The notes beneath the pieces were generated by a model. It ran no database searches and was not told where the DNA came from. It saw only the letters and a list, made by a program, of their open reading frames with translations. Positions 19,129 to 28,547 of a stretch of DNA of 64,000 nucleotides are shown piece by piece; the first letter of the stretch is position 1, and each line of letters starts with the position of its first letter. Where the stretch lies: assembly GCA_963716255.1 (NCBI GenBank), contig OY970303.1, positions 5,024,001 through 5,088,000 on the forward strand. The letters are read 5' to 3'. Origin of the DNA: an uncultured Gemmatimonadales bacterium (GTDB taxonomy: Bacteria; Gemmatimonadota; Gemmatimonadetes; Longimicrobiales; Longimicrobiaceae). The position numbers and the translations under genes are program-made.

Positions 19129-19521
19129 TCACTCTCCTGGGCGCTTCAGCCGGAAGGCGTCCGCGAAGCTGCGCACCGGGTCCGCCGGCGCCTGGAAGAT
19201 CAGGCGGATGACCGCCACCCGGTCCGCACGGTACGCCGCGGCGAGGGTGTCCACGCGCTCCGCCACACGCGGGGAGGCCGGCGCGTAGCGGTAGCGTGGA
19301 TCCGGGGCGCGGTCGCTCGCCAGCAGCCCCGCCGCGACCAGCTCCTCCAGGCGGAGCGTGGCCGACGCGGGAACCGTGTACACGCGCTGGCTGACCTCGG
19401 CCGCCGTGAAGTCGCGGTTGGGGTGCGAGTGCAGCAGCAGGAGCACGTCGAGCTGTTCGGCCGAGTGGATGAACTCGGCGATGAACCTCTGCGCTTCCCT
19501 CAGGTCGGTCTCGTTCGCCAA
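19129..19521 (-). CDS. Uncharacterised winged-helix-like protein heading the DUF5985-like pair
   Basis: FIHSAEQLDVLLLL..TAAEVSQRVYTVPASATLRLEELVAAGLL..RYRYAP..VRSFADAFRLK. Its stop abuts the next ATG. Confidence 0.82.
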   Translation of the reverse strand: MANETDLREAQRFIAEFIHSAEQLDVLLLLHSHPNRDFTAAEVSQRVYTVPASATLRLEELVAAGLLASDRAPDPRYRYAPASPRVAERVDTLAAAYRADRVAVIRLIFQAPADPVRSFADAFRLKRPGE

Positions 19522-19696
19522 ACGTCACCGGAGCTCGGGACCCGGATGAATGCGCGGGGAGAATGGCGGGTGCTCCCGCGAAGCGCAAGCCGATCCGCAG
19601 AGTCCCGGCACCAGCGTGGAGCCGTCTCCGTCTCGGGGGAGCGCACGAATGTGGGTTGGTGCAAAGCGGGCGCAGTGCGTACCCCCGTGCGTGGCG

Positions 19697-21925
19697 TCAG
19701 TCCACGCCATTCGCGTATTCAGCGAGGGGAAGCCGCAGCGTGAAAGTGCTCCCCTCACCGGGCGTGCTCTCTGCGGTGATCTCCCCGCCCATCGCCCGCG
19801 CCAGGTCCCGGCTGATCGCCAGGCCGAGCCCGGTCCCCTGGCTCTCGCGGGTCAGCGAGGGATCCACCTGCACGAAGGGCTCGAAGATCGCCTCCAGATC
19901 CTCCACGGGGATGCCGCGCCCCGTGTCGCGGACCCGGACCTCCACGTGCGCGCCGGTCACGTGCCAGCCTACTTCGATCCGGCCGCCCGGGGACGTGAAC
20001 TTGACCGCGTTGGAGAGCAGGTTGAGCACGATCTGCTCCAGGCGCTCGCGGTCCGCGCGCACCAGGACCGGCCTTCCCGGGAGGTATTCGTAGTGGAGGT
20101 CCTTGCCCGTGATCAACGGCTCGACGAGGGCCCGCATCCCCTGAAGCGTCTCGTCCAGGTCGACATCCTCGAACCGGTACTGGACCTGGCCGGCCTCGAT
20201 CCGGGCGAAGTTCAGCACGTCGTTGATCAGCCCCAGCAGGCGCTGCTGGCCCCGCCGGATCCTGCCCAGGCTGTCCCGCTGGGCATCGGAGACCGGCCCG
20301 TGGATCCCCATCTCCATGAGCTCCACGTACCCGCCTATCGCGTTGAGCGGGGTGCGGAGCTCGTGGCTCATGGTCGCGAGGAACTGGCTCTTGGCCAGGT
20401 TGGCCTCCTCGGCGGCCGCCCGGGCGCGCTCCGCCTCCGCGGCACGCTCCGCGGTCTCGTCGTGGGCACGCCGGAGCTCGTCGTTGCTCAGCTCCAGCTC
20501 CACCTGGGCTTCCTCCAGCTGGAGCGCCTGCACCTGCAGCTCCTCCGCCTGCGCCTCCAGCTCCGTGGCCTGCTCCTCCAGCCGGAGCCGGGCTGCCTCG
20601 GACTCGGAGTACAGGCGCGCATTGTCGATGGCCACGGCGGCCCGCCGCGCGAGCTCCTCCGCCAGCCAGAGGTCGTGCTCGCCGAAGTGGCGCCCCGCCC
20701 GGCCGGACACCAACGTCAGCGCGCCGAGGACCCGGTCGCGGGCGATCAGCGGGACGCAGATGTACGAGCCGATGTCCAGCTCCCGGATCATCCGCAGGTG
20801 CTCCGCGTCGGCCGCCGACTCCACCAGCACCTCGTCCGGGATGAACGGGACGAGCTCGGGCTCGCCCGTGCGTAGCACCCGGGCGATGCCGCTCGGCGCA
20901 TCCGGGTCCATCGGATACTTCTCGTACATCCGGGCCGCGAACTCGACCATGGCCGGGTCGGGGTGGGCGACCGCGATCCGGTGGATGCCCCCGCCCGGCG
21001 TTCCCTCGTCCACGGCGCACCAGTCCGCCAGCTCCTGTACGGCCAGGCGCGTGACGCTGCCGAGCGTGGCTTCGTAGTCCAGGGAGGAGGCGAGCACCTC
21101 GCTCGCCCGGGCGAGGAAGTCGCGCTCCTGTTCGTGCCGCCGGCGCTCGGTGACGTCCTCCACCATCTTGAGCGCGTACAGTGGGTCGCCCTCGGGCCCG
21201 CGCACCAGTGAGGCCGTGACCCGGCCCCACACCACGGCGCCCTCGCGGTGCAGGTATCGTTTCTCCACCTGGTACGAGTCCCGCTCCCCCGCGAGGAGCT
21301 CCGCCGCGAGCGCGACGTCCCGGTCCGCCTCGCCGGGATGCGTGATCTCCGGGATCGTCCGGGACCGTACCTCCTCCGGCGCGTAGCCCAGCATGCGCGC
21401 GAAGGCAGGGTTCACGCGCACCAGGACGCCGTCCAGGCCGACGACCGCCACACCGATCGCCGCCGCCTCGAACATGGCGCGGAAGCCCTCCTCGCTGGCC
21501 CGGAGCGCGACTTCGGCCAGGTGGCGCTCGGTCACGTCCGTCACGAGGATGGAGATCCCCCAGACGGCTCCGTCGGGGTCGGCGAGCGGATGGTACTCGT
21601 AGTCGACCCAGCGCTCCTCCAGTCGTCCGTCCCCGTCGACGTCCCACGCGGCCGGCACGCTCGTTCCCCGCTGCGGCTCACCCGTCGCGAACACCCGGTC
21701 GAGGAGGCCCAGGAAACCCTGGTCGACCAGCTCCGGGATCGCCGCCCCGAACGGAAGGCCCAGGACCGCCCGTCCGCCAACGATCCTGCGGTACGCCTTG
21801 CTCGCGGCCACGAACCGGTGCTGCGGCCCCTCCAGGATGGCGGTCGCCGCCGGCGACTGCTCGATGGCGGCATGCAGCCGCGTCCTCTCCAGGTGCGGTG
21901 CGGCCAGATCCGGACTGTTCGACAT
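19697..21925 (-). CDS. PAS-PAS-GAF sensor histidine kinase
   Basis: GGAGGAAGG RBS, PAS motifs, GAF (LADWCAVD..AIDNARLY), H-box MSHELRTPLNAIGGY, NLLSNAVKFT, DTGRGI, GTGLGL. Confidence 0.93.
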   Translation of the reverse strand: MSNSPDLAAPHLERTRLHAAIEQSPAATAILEGPQHRFVAASKAYRRIVGGRAVLGLPFGAAIPELVDQGFLGLLDRVFATGEPQRGTSVPAAWDVDGDGRLEERWVDYEYHPLADPDGAVWGISILVTDVTERHLAEVALRASEEGFRAMFEAAAIGVAVVGLDGVLVRVNPAFARMLGYAPEEVRSRTIPEITHPGEADRDVALAAELLAGERDSYQVEKRYLHREGAVVWGRVTASLVRGPEGDPLYALKMVEDVTERRRHEQERDFLARASEVLASSLDYEATLGSVTRLAVQELADWCAVDEGTPGGGIHRIAVAHPDPAMVEFAARMYEKYPMDPDAPSGIARVLRTGEPELVPFIPDEVLVESAADAEHLRMIRELDIGSYICVPLIARDRVLGALTLVSGRAGRHFGEHDLWLAEELARRAAVAIDNARLYSESEAARLRLEEQATELEAQAEELQVQALQLEEAQVELELSNDELRRAHDETAERAAEAERARAAAEEANLAKSQFLATMSHELRTPLNAIGGYVELMEMGIHGPVSDAQRDSLGRIRRGQQRLLGLINDVLNFARIEAGQVQYRFEDVDLDETLQGMRALVEPLITGKDLHYEYLPGRPVLVRADRERLEQIVLNLLSNAVKFTSPGGRIEVGWHVTGAHVEVRVRDTGRGIPVEDLEAIFEPFVQVDPSLTRESQGTGLGLAISRDLARAMGGEITAESTPGEGSTFTLRLPLAEYANGVD

Positions 21926-22157
21926 CCTTCCTCCTCGCCATCCAGAATGCACGATCGGGCGCACCACCGTCTTCCGACGGGAGCCCTGCATACGACTCGC
22001 CCGCGCCGCGCCCATGTTCGTGCGGTGCGCCGGCGGATCACGTGCCAGACCGCGCAAGACCCGGCTGCGCAGTCGGCTTTCGTGTACGGCGATGATCGTA
22101 AGCCGTGAAGCCCGGTTGAGCCAGGTTCGGTATCCAAGGGGGACGGCGCAGCGGCGA

Positions 22158-22199
22158 CAGGGAGGGGGAGCAGCGCCGAGGTGCTGCTCCCCCTCCCTG
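22158..22199. repeat. Near-perfect GC-rich inverted repeat (terminator-like hairpin)
   Basis: CAGGGAGGGGGAGCAGCGCC-GA-GGTGCTGCTCCCCCTCCCTG, 20-nt arms with one G.T pair, no U-tract. Confidence 0.7.
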
Positions 22200-22472
22200 G
22201 ATGGCGCGACCCTCAGCCGTGCCCGGGGCGGAGGACTTCATGTGAGCCCCAGGGGTCAGATCGGCATTCTCAGGCCGCGTCCCGAGCCGCAACAAGGGTG
22301 CCGGCTCGTTCCAGCAACCTTGGTGGAAGAATGCAGACGGCTGGCGGGGCGCGAAAGGGCTCGCCTCCCCAGGGCCGCACCTCGTCGCGGGGGCACGCCA
22401 CATGCTGCTTGGCCCCGCGGATCCCTGCCCTGCCGTTCGTCGGCAGCCCAAGCGTAGGAGGGCGACGTGCCG

Positions 22473-22919
22473 TCATCCTGCGGTCGGGTGGAGCGCGGCG
22501 CGGAAGCTCCGGGCCAGGCGCTCCGGGGAGAGCGATTCCTTGGGGATGTAGTCCGCCGCGCCCGCCAGCATCAGGTCGACCGCCACTTCGGGATCGTCCT
22601 GACCGGTGAGCATGATCACCGGTACGGAGAAGCCGGCGTTGCGCATTCCGCGCAGGAAGGTGAGCCCATCCCCGTCCGGCAGGTTGAAGTCCAGCAGGAC
22701 GCAGTCGAACCGGCCGGCGGTCAGCTTGCCGATCGCGTCGAGGACCCCCTCCGCCTCGGCCACCTCGACCTCGCCGCCCATCGCGGCAATGTGCCTGCGG
22801 ACCGCGAGGCGGTCGACCTGGTCGTCGTCCACCACGAGCACGTGCGTTGTCGCCGCCCCAGTGCCGACGTCGCCTGGCCGACGCTTCTCCGCGCCTTCTT
22901 GTTCTGCCTTCACCACCAT
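22473..22919 (-). CDS. Response regulator receiver (possibly a truncated hybrid kinase)
   Basis: VLVVDDD, CVLLDFNLPDGDG, VIMLTG, GAADYIPK. Ends right after the receiver. Confidence 0.8.
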   Translation of the reverse strand: MVVKAEQEGAEKRRPGDVGTGAATTHVLVVDDDQVDRLAVRRHIAAMGGEVEVAEAEGVLDAIGKLTAGRFDCVLLDFNLPDGDGLTFLRGMRNAGFSVPVIMLTGQDDPEVAVDLMLAGAADYIPKESLSPERLARSFRAALHPTAG

Positions 22920-23003
22920 CGGGACTCCCTTACGCAACGAAATCGAAAACACTCTCCTCGCTCCCCGCGCCCCGTTCCGGGTATCCTGGCGGCACCGGGC
23001 CGC

Positions 23004-23420
23004 TCAGGGCATCTCCACCCGCGTCCAGTACTGGTTGAGCGTCGCCACCACCTCGCAGAAGCTCTGGAACGTCACCGGCTTCAGGATGTACCCGGCCACG
23101 TGCAGGTTGAAGGTCCCGACGCGGTCCCGCTCGTCGTTGGACGTGGTGAGCACCACCACCGGGGTGTGCTTCAGCTGCTCGTCCGCGCGCAGCTCCCGGA
23201 GGAACTCGATGCCGTTCATCTTCGGTATGTTGAGGTCCAGCAGGATCAGGCGCCGCTCTTCGGGCACCTGCCCGGTCCGGAGCATCTCCAGCGCTTCCAT
23301 GCCGTTCGCCGCCACGAAGAGCGGATTGGCGATGTTGCACTTGCGGAACGCACGCCGGACGTTCATCACGTCCACCTCGTCGTCCTCGACCAGGAGGACG
23401 TTGAGCGTCTTCCCGGTCAT
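23004..23420 (-). CDS. Single-domain response regulator, Rcp1-like
   Basis: VLLVEDDEVD, ILLDLNIPKMNGIEFL, PVVVLTTS, AGYILKPV, LNQYW. Confidence 0.92.
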   Translation of the reverse strand: MTGKTLNVLLVEDDEVDVMNVRRAFRKCNIANPLFVAANGMEALEMLRTGQVPEERRLILLDLNIPKMNGIEFLRELRADEQLKHTPVVVLTTSNDERDRVGTFNLHVAGYILKPVTFQSFCEVVATLNQYWTRVEMP

Positions 23421-23423
23421 GGG

Positions 23424-26400
23424 TCAGGCTCCCCCGTGGTCGCGAGCGGCCGGCCACACGAACCGGAACACGGATCCCTCGCCCGGTGCCGATTCGACCC
23501 ACACCCTGCCGCCGCGGCTCTCCACCAGCTTCTTCACGATGGAAAGCCCGATGCCGGTGCTCTCCACCCGGTCTCGCGGCTCCAGCGTCTGGAACACCGC
23601 GAAGATCCGCTCGTGGAACTCGGGCGCGATCCCCGGGCCGTGGTCGCGCACGGCGAACTCCCACTCCCGCTCCGCCGTTCGCCGAGCCGAAACCTCCACC
23701 CGGGCCTCGGCCTCGCCGCCGTACTTGACGGCGTTCCCGATCAGGTTCATCAGCACCTGCTGAAGCGGCAGCCGCTCGGTGGTGAGGACCGGCATCCCCT
23801 CCTGCACCGCCACCTCGGCGCCCCCGGGAAGCGCGAGCAGATCGACCACTTCGCGGGCCAGCGCTCCCGTGTCCACGCGCTCCGCGCCCTCCCGCACCCG
23901 CCCGGCCCGCGAGTACTCCAGGATCCCGTCGATCAGCCCCTCCATCCGCAACACGCGGCCGCGCAGGAGCTCGAGGTGCTCCTTCACCTCCGGCCCGGCG
24001 GCGTCGCCCAAGTCCTCCTCGATCCAGCTGGAGATGTTGGAGATCCCCCGGAGCGGCGCCTTGAGGTCGTGGCTGGCGACGTAGGCGAACTGGTCCAGCT
24101 CGCGGTTGCTCGCCTCCAGCGCCCCCGCCAGGCGGGCCAGCTCCTCCGCCTTCCGCTCCACCTCCTTGCGCGCCCACACCTGGTCGGTGACGTCCACCGC
24201 GTGCACCAGGACGTCGCGCCCGCGGGGCCCCTCGCCCGCCAGGGGCCGCCAGACCAGGTTCCAGTAGCTGTCCTCGAGGACGCCCGTTCCCCACCGGTCG
24301 AGGGGCACGTTCACCTCCGGGTCCCAGTACGGCTCGCCCGTCTCGTACACCCGGTCCAGCAGCTCGAAGAGTCCCGATTCCCCGAACTCCGGGAACACGT
24401 CCCGGAAGGGCCGCCCGAGCGCGCCCGGCTTGCCCACGGTCCGCTCCCAGGTGGGGTTGACCATCGTGACGACGTGCTCCGGACCCGTGTAGAGCGCCAT
24501 CACCGCGGGCGACTCCGAGAAGATCTGCTCCAGGCGCGCGCGCCCGACCTTCAGCTCCCGGATCAGCTCCTCGCGCTCCTGCTGGGCGAGCTTCTCGTCG
24601 TCGATGTCGTCGATGACGACCAGGCCGCCGGTGAGCCCGCCGCGCGCGTCCTTGACGGGCGCGCCGGTGATCCGCACCCAGGCGCGGGTCCCGTCCCCAC
24701 GCTGGTAGAGGTACTCGTCTGGGCCGGCGACGTCGCCGGTGGCGAAGACGCGCGCCAGCGGGTATTCGTGCGCATCGACCTGACGCCCGTCCGGGTGGAA
24801 CGCGACCCAGTCGCGGTACCGGTCCACGCTGTCGGACTGGAGCACCGGGTGCCGGAAGATCTCCTCCACCCGCCGGTTCCCCGTCACGATGCGGCCGGTG
24901 GGCGCCTCGGCGATGACGATCCCGACGGGCGCATGGTCGATCACCGCCGCCAGGTGCGCCCGCTCCCGCGCCGCGTCATCGCTCGCCTGCCGGAGGTCCT
25001 CGTTGGCGGTCTGGAGCTCCTCGTTGGAGAGCTCCAGCTCGACCTGCACCTCCTCCAGGCGCAGCGCCTGCAGCACCAGCTCCTCCTTCTGCGCTTCCAG
25101 CTCGCCGGCCTGCTCCTCGACCAGCCGCCGCGCCTCGACCTGGTCGGTCACGTCCACGCCGTGGGCGAGGATCCCGGAGACGGCTCCACCGGCGCCGGCG
25201 AGCGGCCGGTACACGAAGTTGAGGAACCTCTCCACCGGCTCTCCCCCCGGCTCGCACTGGAGGAGGATGGGCATCTCGGTGCCGACGAAGGGCTCGCCGG
25301 AGCGGTAGACGCCGTCCAGCAGCCCGGTGAAGCCCTGCTCGACCACTTCGGGAAGCGCCTCCCTCACGGGCCTGCCGAGGATCTCCCGGTGGCCCACCAG
25401 CTGGTAGTACGGCGGGTTCGCCATCTCGAAGACGTGCTCCGGCCCGCGCAGCGTGGCGATGAACGCCGGCGACTCCTGGAACACCGTCGCCAGGCGGGAG
25501 CGCTCCAGCTCCAGCTCGGCCAGGAGCTGGTCCCGCTCCCGCTCTGCGTGGTCGCGGTCGATGGCGACGGCGATCCCGTCGGCGACGGCACCCAGCACGC
25601 CGAGCGTGCGCTCGTGCAGCGGCTGCCGCGCGAACATGGCCATCACCCCCAGGGTGCGGCCCTCCACCACCAGCGGGTACCCGGCGAAGGCCACCATCCC
25701 CTCCCGGCGCGCCCACTCCTTGTCGCTGACCCGCGGATCGTCGGGCACGTCGTTGGTCAGGTGCGGCCGCTGCTCCTCCGCGATCCTGCCGATCTTGTAC
25801 GCGCCCACCGGCACCCGTCCGTGGGGGCCGTCCAGGTGCGTGTACATCCCCGCGCTGGCCCGCAGCTCCAGCACCTGCTCGGCGTCGATCAGCGTCCACA
25901 CCCGCGCGAACGCGGCGTCCAAGTGCTCGACCATCGCCTCGGCGCACCGGTGCAGGATCGCCCGGAGAGAGCCGCCCTGGGTGAGCGCGGTACCCACCTC
26001 CACCGAGAGCGCCGCCTCACGGTCGCGGAAGCGCGCTTCCTCGCGCTCCCGCTTCTCCTCGGTGACGTCGCGCACCTCGATGATGGTGCCGACGGCCCTG
26101 TCGCCTTCCAGGACGGGGCTGGCGGTGAACGCCACCGGGTAGAAGTGCCCGTCCTTGTGGACGAAGACCTCCTCGCCCTGCTCCCGCATGTTCCGGGGGA
26201 AGGCCTGGTCAATAGGGCATTCCTCCAGCGGATAGGGCGTGCCGTCAGGGCGGGTGTGGTGCACGTACCGGTGGAGCGGCTCGCCCTGCAGCTCCTCCAG
26301 CGTGAACCCGGTCAGCCGCTCCGCCGCCCGGTTCATGTAGGTGCACCGCTGGCGCTCATCCATGATGAAGAGCGCCAGCGTCGCGTTTTCCGCCACCGTC

Positions 26401-26474
26401 TCCAGCTGACGGCGGTAGCGGTCGGCGTCCGTCGGCGCGGGGTGGGCCGGCGGCTCGAGGTCTGCTTGCATCAT
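23424..26474 (-). CDS. Multi-PAS/GAF histidine kinase with Cph1-type transmitter
   Basis: PAS-GAF-PAS-coil-PAS-PAS, ELDQFAYVASHDLKAPLRGI, NLIGNAVKY, DHGPGI, STGIGL. Cotranscribed with the Rcp1-like receiver. Confidence 0.93.
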   Translation of the reverse strand: MMQADLEPPAHPAPTDADRYRRQLETVAENATLALFIMDERQRCTYMNRAAERLTGFTLEELQGEPLHRYVHHTRPDGTPYPLEECPIDQAFPRNMREQGEEVFVHKDGHFYPVAFTASPVLEGDRAVGTIIEVRDVTEEKREREEARFRDREAALSVEVGTALTQGGSLRAILHRCAEAMVEHLDAAFARVWTLIDAEQVLELRASAGMYTHLDGPHGRVPVGAYKIGRIAEEQRPHLTNDVPDDPRVSDKEWARREGMVAFAGYPLVVEGRTLGVMAMFARQPLHERTLGVLGAVADGIAVAIDRDHAERERDQLLAELELERSRLATVFQESPAFIATLRGPEHVFEMANPPYYQLVGHREILGRPVREALPEVVEQGFTGLLDGVYRSGEPFVGTEMPILLQCEPGGEPVERFLNFVYRPLAGAGGAVSGILAHGVDVTDQVEARRLVEEQAGELEAQKEELVLQALRLEEVQVELELSNEELQTANEDLRQASDDAARERAHLAAVIDHAPVGIVIAEAPTGRIVTGNRRVEEIFRHPVLQSDSVDRYRDWVAFHPDGRQVDAHEYPLARVFATGDVAGPDEYLYQRGDGTRAWVRITGAPVKDARGGLTGGLVVIDDIDDEKLAQQEREELIRELKVGRARLEQIFSESPAVMALYTGPEHVVTMVNPTWERTVGKPGALGRPFRDVFPEFGESGLFELLDRVYETGEPYWDPEVNVPLDRWGTGVLEDSYWNLVWRPLAGEGPRGRDVLVHAVDVTDQVWARKEVERKAEELARLAGALEASNRELDQFAYVASHDLKAPLRGISNISSWIEEDLGDAAGPEVKEHLELLRGRVLRMEGLIDGILEYSRAGRVREGAERVDTGALAREVVDLLALPGGAEVAVQEGMPVLTTERLPLQQVLMNLIGNAVKYGGEAEARVEVSARRTAEREWEFAVRDHGPGIAPEFHERIFAVFQTLEPRDRVESTGIGLSIVKKLVESRGGRVWVESAPGEGSVFRFVWPAARDHGGA

Positions 26475-26575
26475 TCGCTGGAAGTCACGTGTACGGCATC
26501 GGCCTGCGGCGCGGCCCGCGGGTGTGCAACAATCGCTCCCCCATGCCGGCCGCCGCACCATCCGTTTGCACTCCA

Positions 26576-26685
26576 CTAGTGTAGTGCCGCTCAAGTTCCG
26601 TGCTGATTCAGATGCCAGAACCGCGGTCCTGCGTGCGAATCACGACTAAACGAAGCGACACGAGACTTCGGAGTCACTACACTAG
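26576..26685. mobile_element. 110-bp IS630-like miniature element (MITE or deletion remnant)
   Basis: Imperfect 27-nt terminal inverted repeats (CTAGTGTAGTGCCGCTCAAGTTCCGTG vs CTAGTGTAGTGACTCCGAAGTCTCGTG, 21/27) with CTAG at both ends, lower GC than flanks. Confidence 0.65.
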
Positions 26686-26915
26686 CCTCGCGCGCCGGCG
26701 GCCTCCCACGCACCCGCCACCGCGAAGAACAGATGTTGCAGTAGAAGACAACATACTCGTAACGCACGCCCTCCCGCCGGGTTCGATTGTGGAGAGCGTA
26801 CCGTCGTGCCCGCCGGGCCGGAGGCACCCTCTCGGGTGGTGTTTCCACCGGGCGCGCACGGACGATCGGTGCAGCGCCGCTCCGGCGCCGCCGCCCTCCC
26901 ATTACGTGCAGCCCG

Positions 26916-27302
26916 ATGCCGAAGACGGTCCTGCTGGTCGAAGACAACGTGGACAACCGGACGATCTACCGTACGATCCTGGAGTTCGGGGGCTATACCC
27001 TCATCGAGGCGGTGGACGGCGAGGCCGCGCTCCGGCAGGCCCGGGAGGGCCGTCCGGACCTGATCCTGATGGACATCTCGATCCCGCTCGTGGACGGCTG
27101 GGAGGTTACCCGGACCCTCAAGGCGGATCCGCTCACGTCGGGGATCCCCGTGATCGCGCTGACGGCGCACGCCCTCGCGGAGGACCGGAGGCGGGCAGAG
27201 GAGGTGGGGTGCGACGGCTACCTGGCGAAGCCCGTCGAGCCCCGGCGGGTGATGCAGGAAGTCGAGCGCTTCCTGGGCCCGGCGCGCGGCCTGGTGACGT
27301 AG
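26916..27302 (+). CDS. Single-domain response regulator, DivK-like
   Basis: VLLVEDNVDNR, PDLILMDISIP..DGWE, IPVIALTAHA, GCDGYLAKP. Confidence 0.92.
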   Translation: MPKTVLLVEDNVDNRTIYRTILEFGGYTLIEAVDGEAALRQAREGRPDLILMDISIPLVDGWEVTRTLKADPLTSGIPVIALTAHALAEDRRRAEEVGCDGYLAKPVEPRRVMQEVERFLGPARGLVT

Positions 27303-27359
27303 GACGGATTTCCCCAGCGGAGTGAGACGCGCGCTGCGGCCAGCCGGGCCGCATGCCGG

Positions 27360-28547
27360 ATGAACGAACAGACCAGGATCGAGATGACCAACGCAGCGAT
27401 CGCGCTCTCCCGCCGGTCGGGCTCCGACGCGGGCGAGGAGCTGGGGGCCGGCATCCTGGAGCAGCTCGGGGGCGCGTCACCCGACGCGCTCATCGTCTTC
27501 GCCTCGCCCGACCAGGACCACGCGGCGCTCCTGCAGGCGCTCACGTCCGCGTGCCGGCCCGGAGTGCTGGTGGGCTGCTCCTCGGCGGGCGAGTTCACCA
27601 GCGAGGACGCCGGCGTGGGGATGACCTGCGCGGTGGCGCTGGCGGCTCCCGAGATGCGCTTCGCCGCGGCCCTGGGAAGAGGGCTGCGGGCGGACCGCGC
27701 CGCCGCGGCGGAGCAGCTGGTCGCCGGCTTCCGGGGGCTGCAGACCCCGGGCTACCGCCACCACGCAGCCCTGGTGCTCACGGACGCGCTGGCGGGGTTC
27801 GCGGACGACCTCGTGGACCGGCTGAGCCTGCTCACCGGCGGCGTCTACCGCTTCTTCGGCGGGGGCGCGGGCGACGACGCCCGCTTCGAGCACACGGTGG
27901 TGTTCTTCGGCACCGAGGTGGTGAGCGACGCCGCGGTCGCGCTCGAGATCCTCTCGAACAAGCCGATCGGGGTGGGCGTGCGCCACGGCTGGGCGCCGGG
28001 CGGGGAGCCGATGCGCGTCACCGCGGCGGAGGGGATGAGGCTGGGGAGCCTGAACGCCGTGTCGGCCGTGGAGGTCTTCGACGCGCACGCCTCCGCCACG
28101 GGGCAGAGCTTCGACCACGGGGAGCCCGTCCCCTTCTTCCTGCACAACGTGCTCGGGGTGGAGTCGGCGGAGGGCTACCGGCTGCGGGTGCCGCTGGCCG
28201 TCGGGGAGGACGGCTCCATCGCCTGCGCCGCGGACGTCCCCGCCGGCGGTGCCGCCTGCATCATGACCACCACCCCGGCCTCGGCCGCGGAGGCCGCGGC
28301 CGAAGCCACGCGCATGGCGCTCGGGCAGATGGAGGGGAACGAAGCCGCGGTGGCGCTGGTCTTCGACTGCGTCGCCACCCGGCTGCGGCTGGGGCAGGAG
28401 TTCGGAGTCGAGCTCGCCGCGGTCCAGCGGGAGCTGGGCGGCGTTCCGCTGGCCGGCTTCAACACCTACGGCCAGGTCGCGCAGGCGGAGGGCCAGTTCA
28501 GCGGCTTCCACAACTGCACGGCGGTGGTGTGCACCATCCCCCGGTAG
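27360..28547 (+). CDS. FIST domain sensor protein (FIST N + FIST C)
   Basis: LVGCSSAGEF, FFGGGAGDD, VGVRHGW, FDCVATR, LAGFNTYGQ, FHNCTAVV. Confidence 0.92.
   Translation: MNEQTRIEMTNAAIALSRRSGSDAGEELGAGILEQLGGASPDALIVFASPDQDHAALLQALTSACRPGVLVGCSSAGEFTSEDAGVGMTCAVALAAPEMRFAAALGRGLRADRAAAAEQLVAGFRGLQTPGYRHHAALVLTDALAGFADDLVDRLSLLTGGVYRFFGGGAGDDARFEHTVVFFGTEVVSDAAVALEILSNKPIGVGVRHGWAPGGEPMRVTAAEGMRLGSLNAVSAVEVFDAHASATGQSFDHGEPVPFFLHNVLGVESAEGYRLRVPLAVGEDGSIACAADVPAGGAACIMTTTPASAAEAAAEATRMALGQMEGNEAAVALVFDCVATRLRLGQEFGVELAAVQRELGGVPLAGFNTYGQVAQAEGQFSGFHNCTAVVCTIPR

Noticed and set aside
23424..26474. Bacteriophytochrome
   Set aside because: Transmitter and receiver are Cph1/Rcp1-like, but no PAS-GAF-PHY photosensory core or DIP motif is visible.
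22467..26579. 1370-aa plus-strand ORF
   Set aside because: Antisense shadow of the kinase and receivers, expected in high-GC DNA, with no domain motifs. The same applies to 35550-38294, 30729-33089, 7002-8999 and similar long ORFs.
27353..28528. N-terminal part of the 1069-aa ORF suggesting a giant kinase or a FIST-kinase fusion
   Set aside because: Arg/Gly-rich alternative frame over the FIST gene, which has its own stop at 28547.
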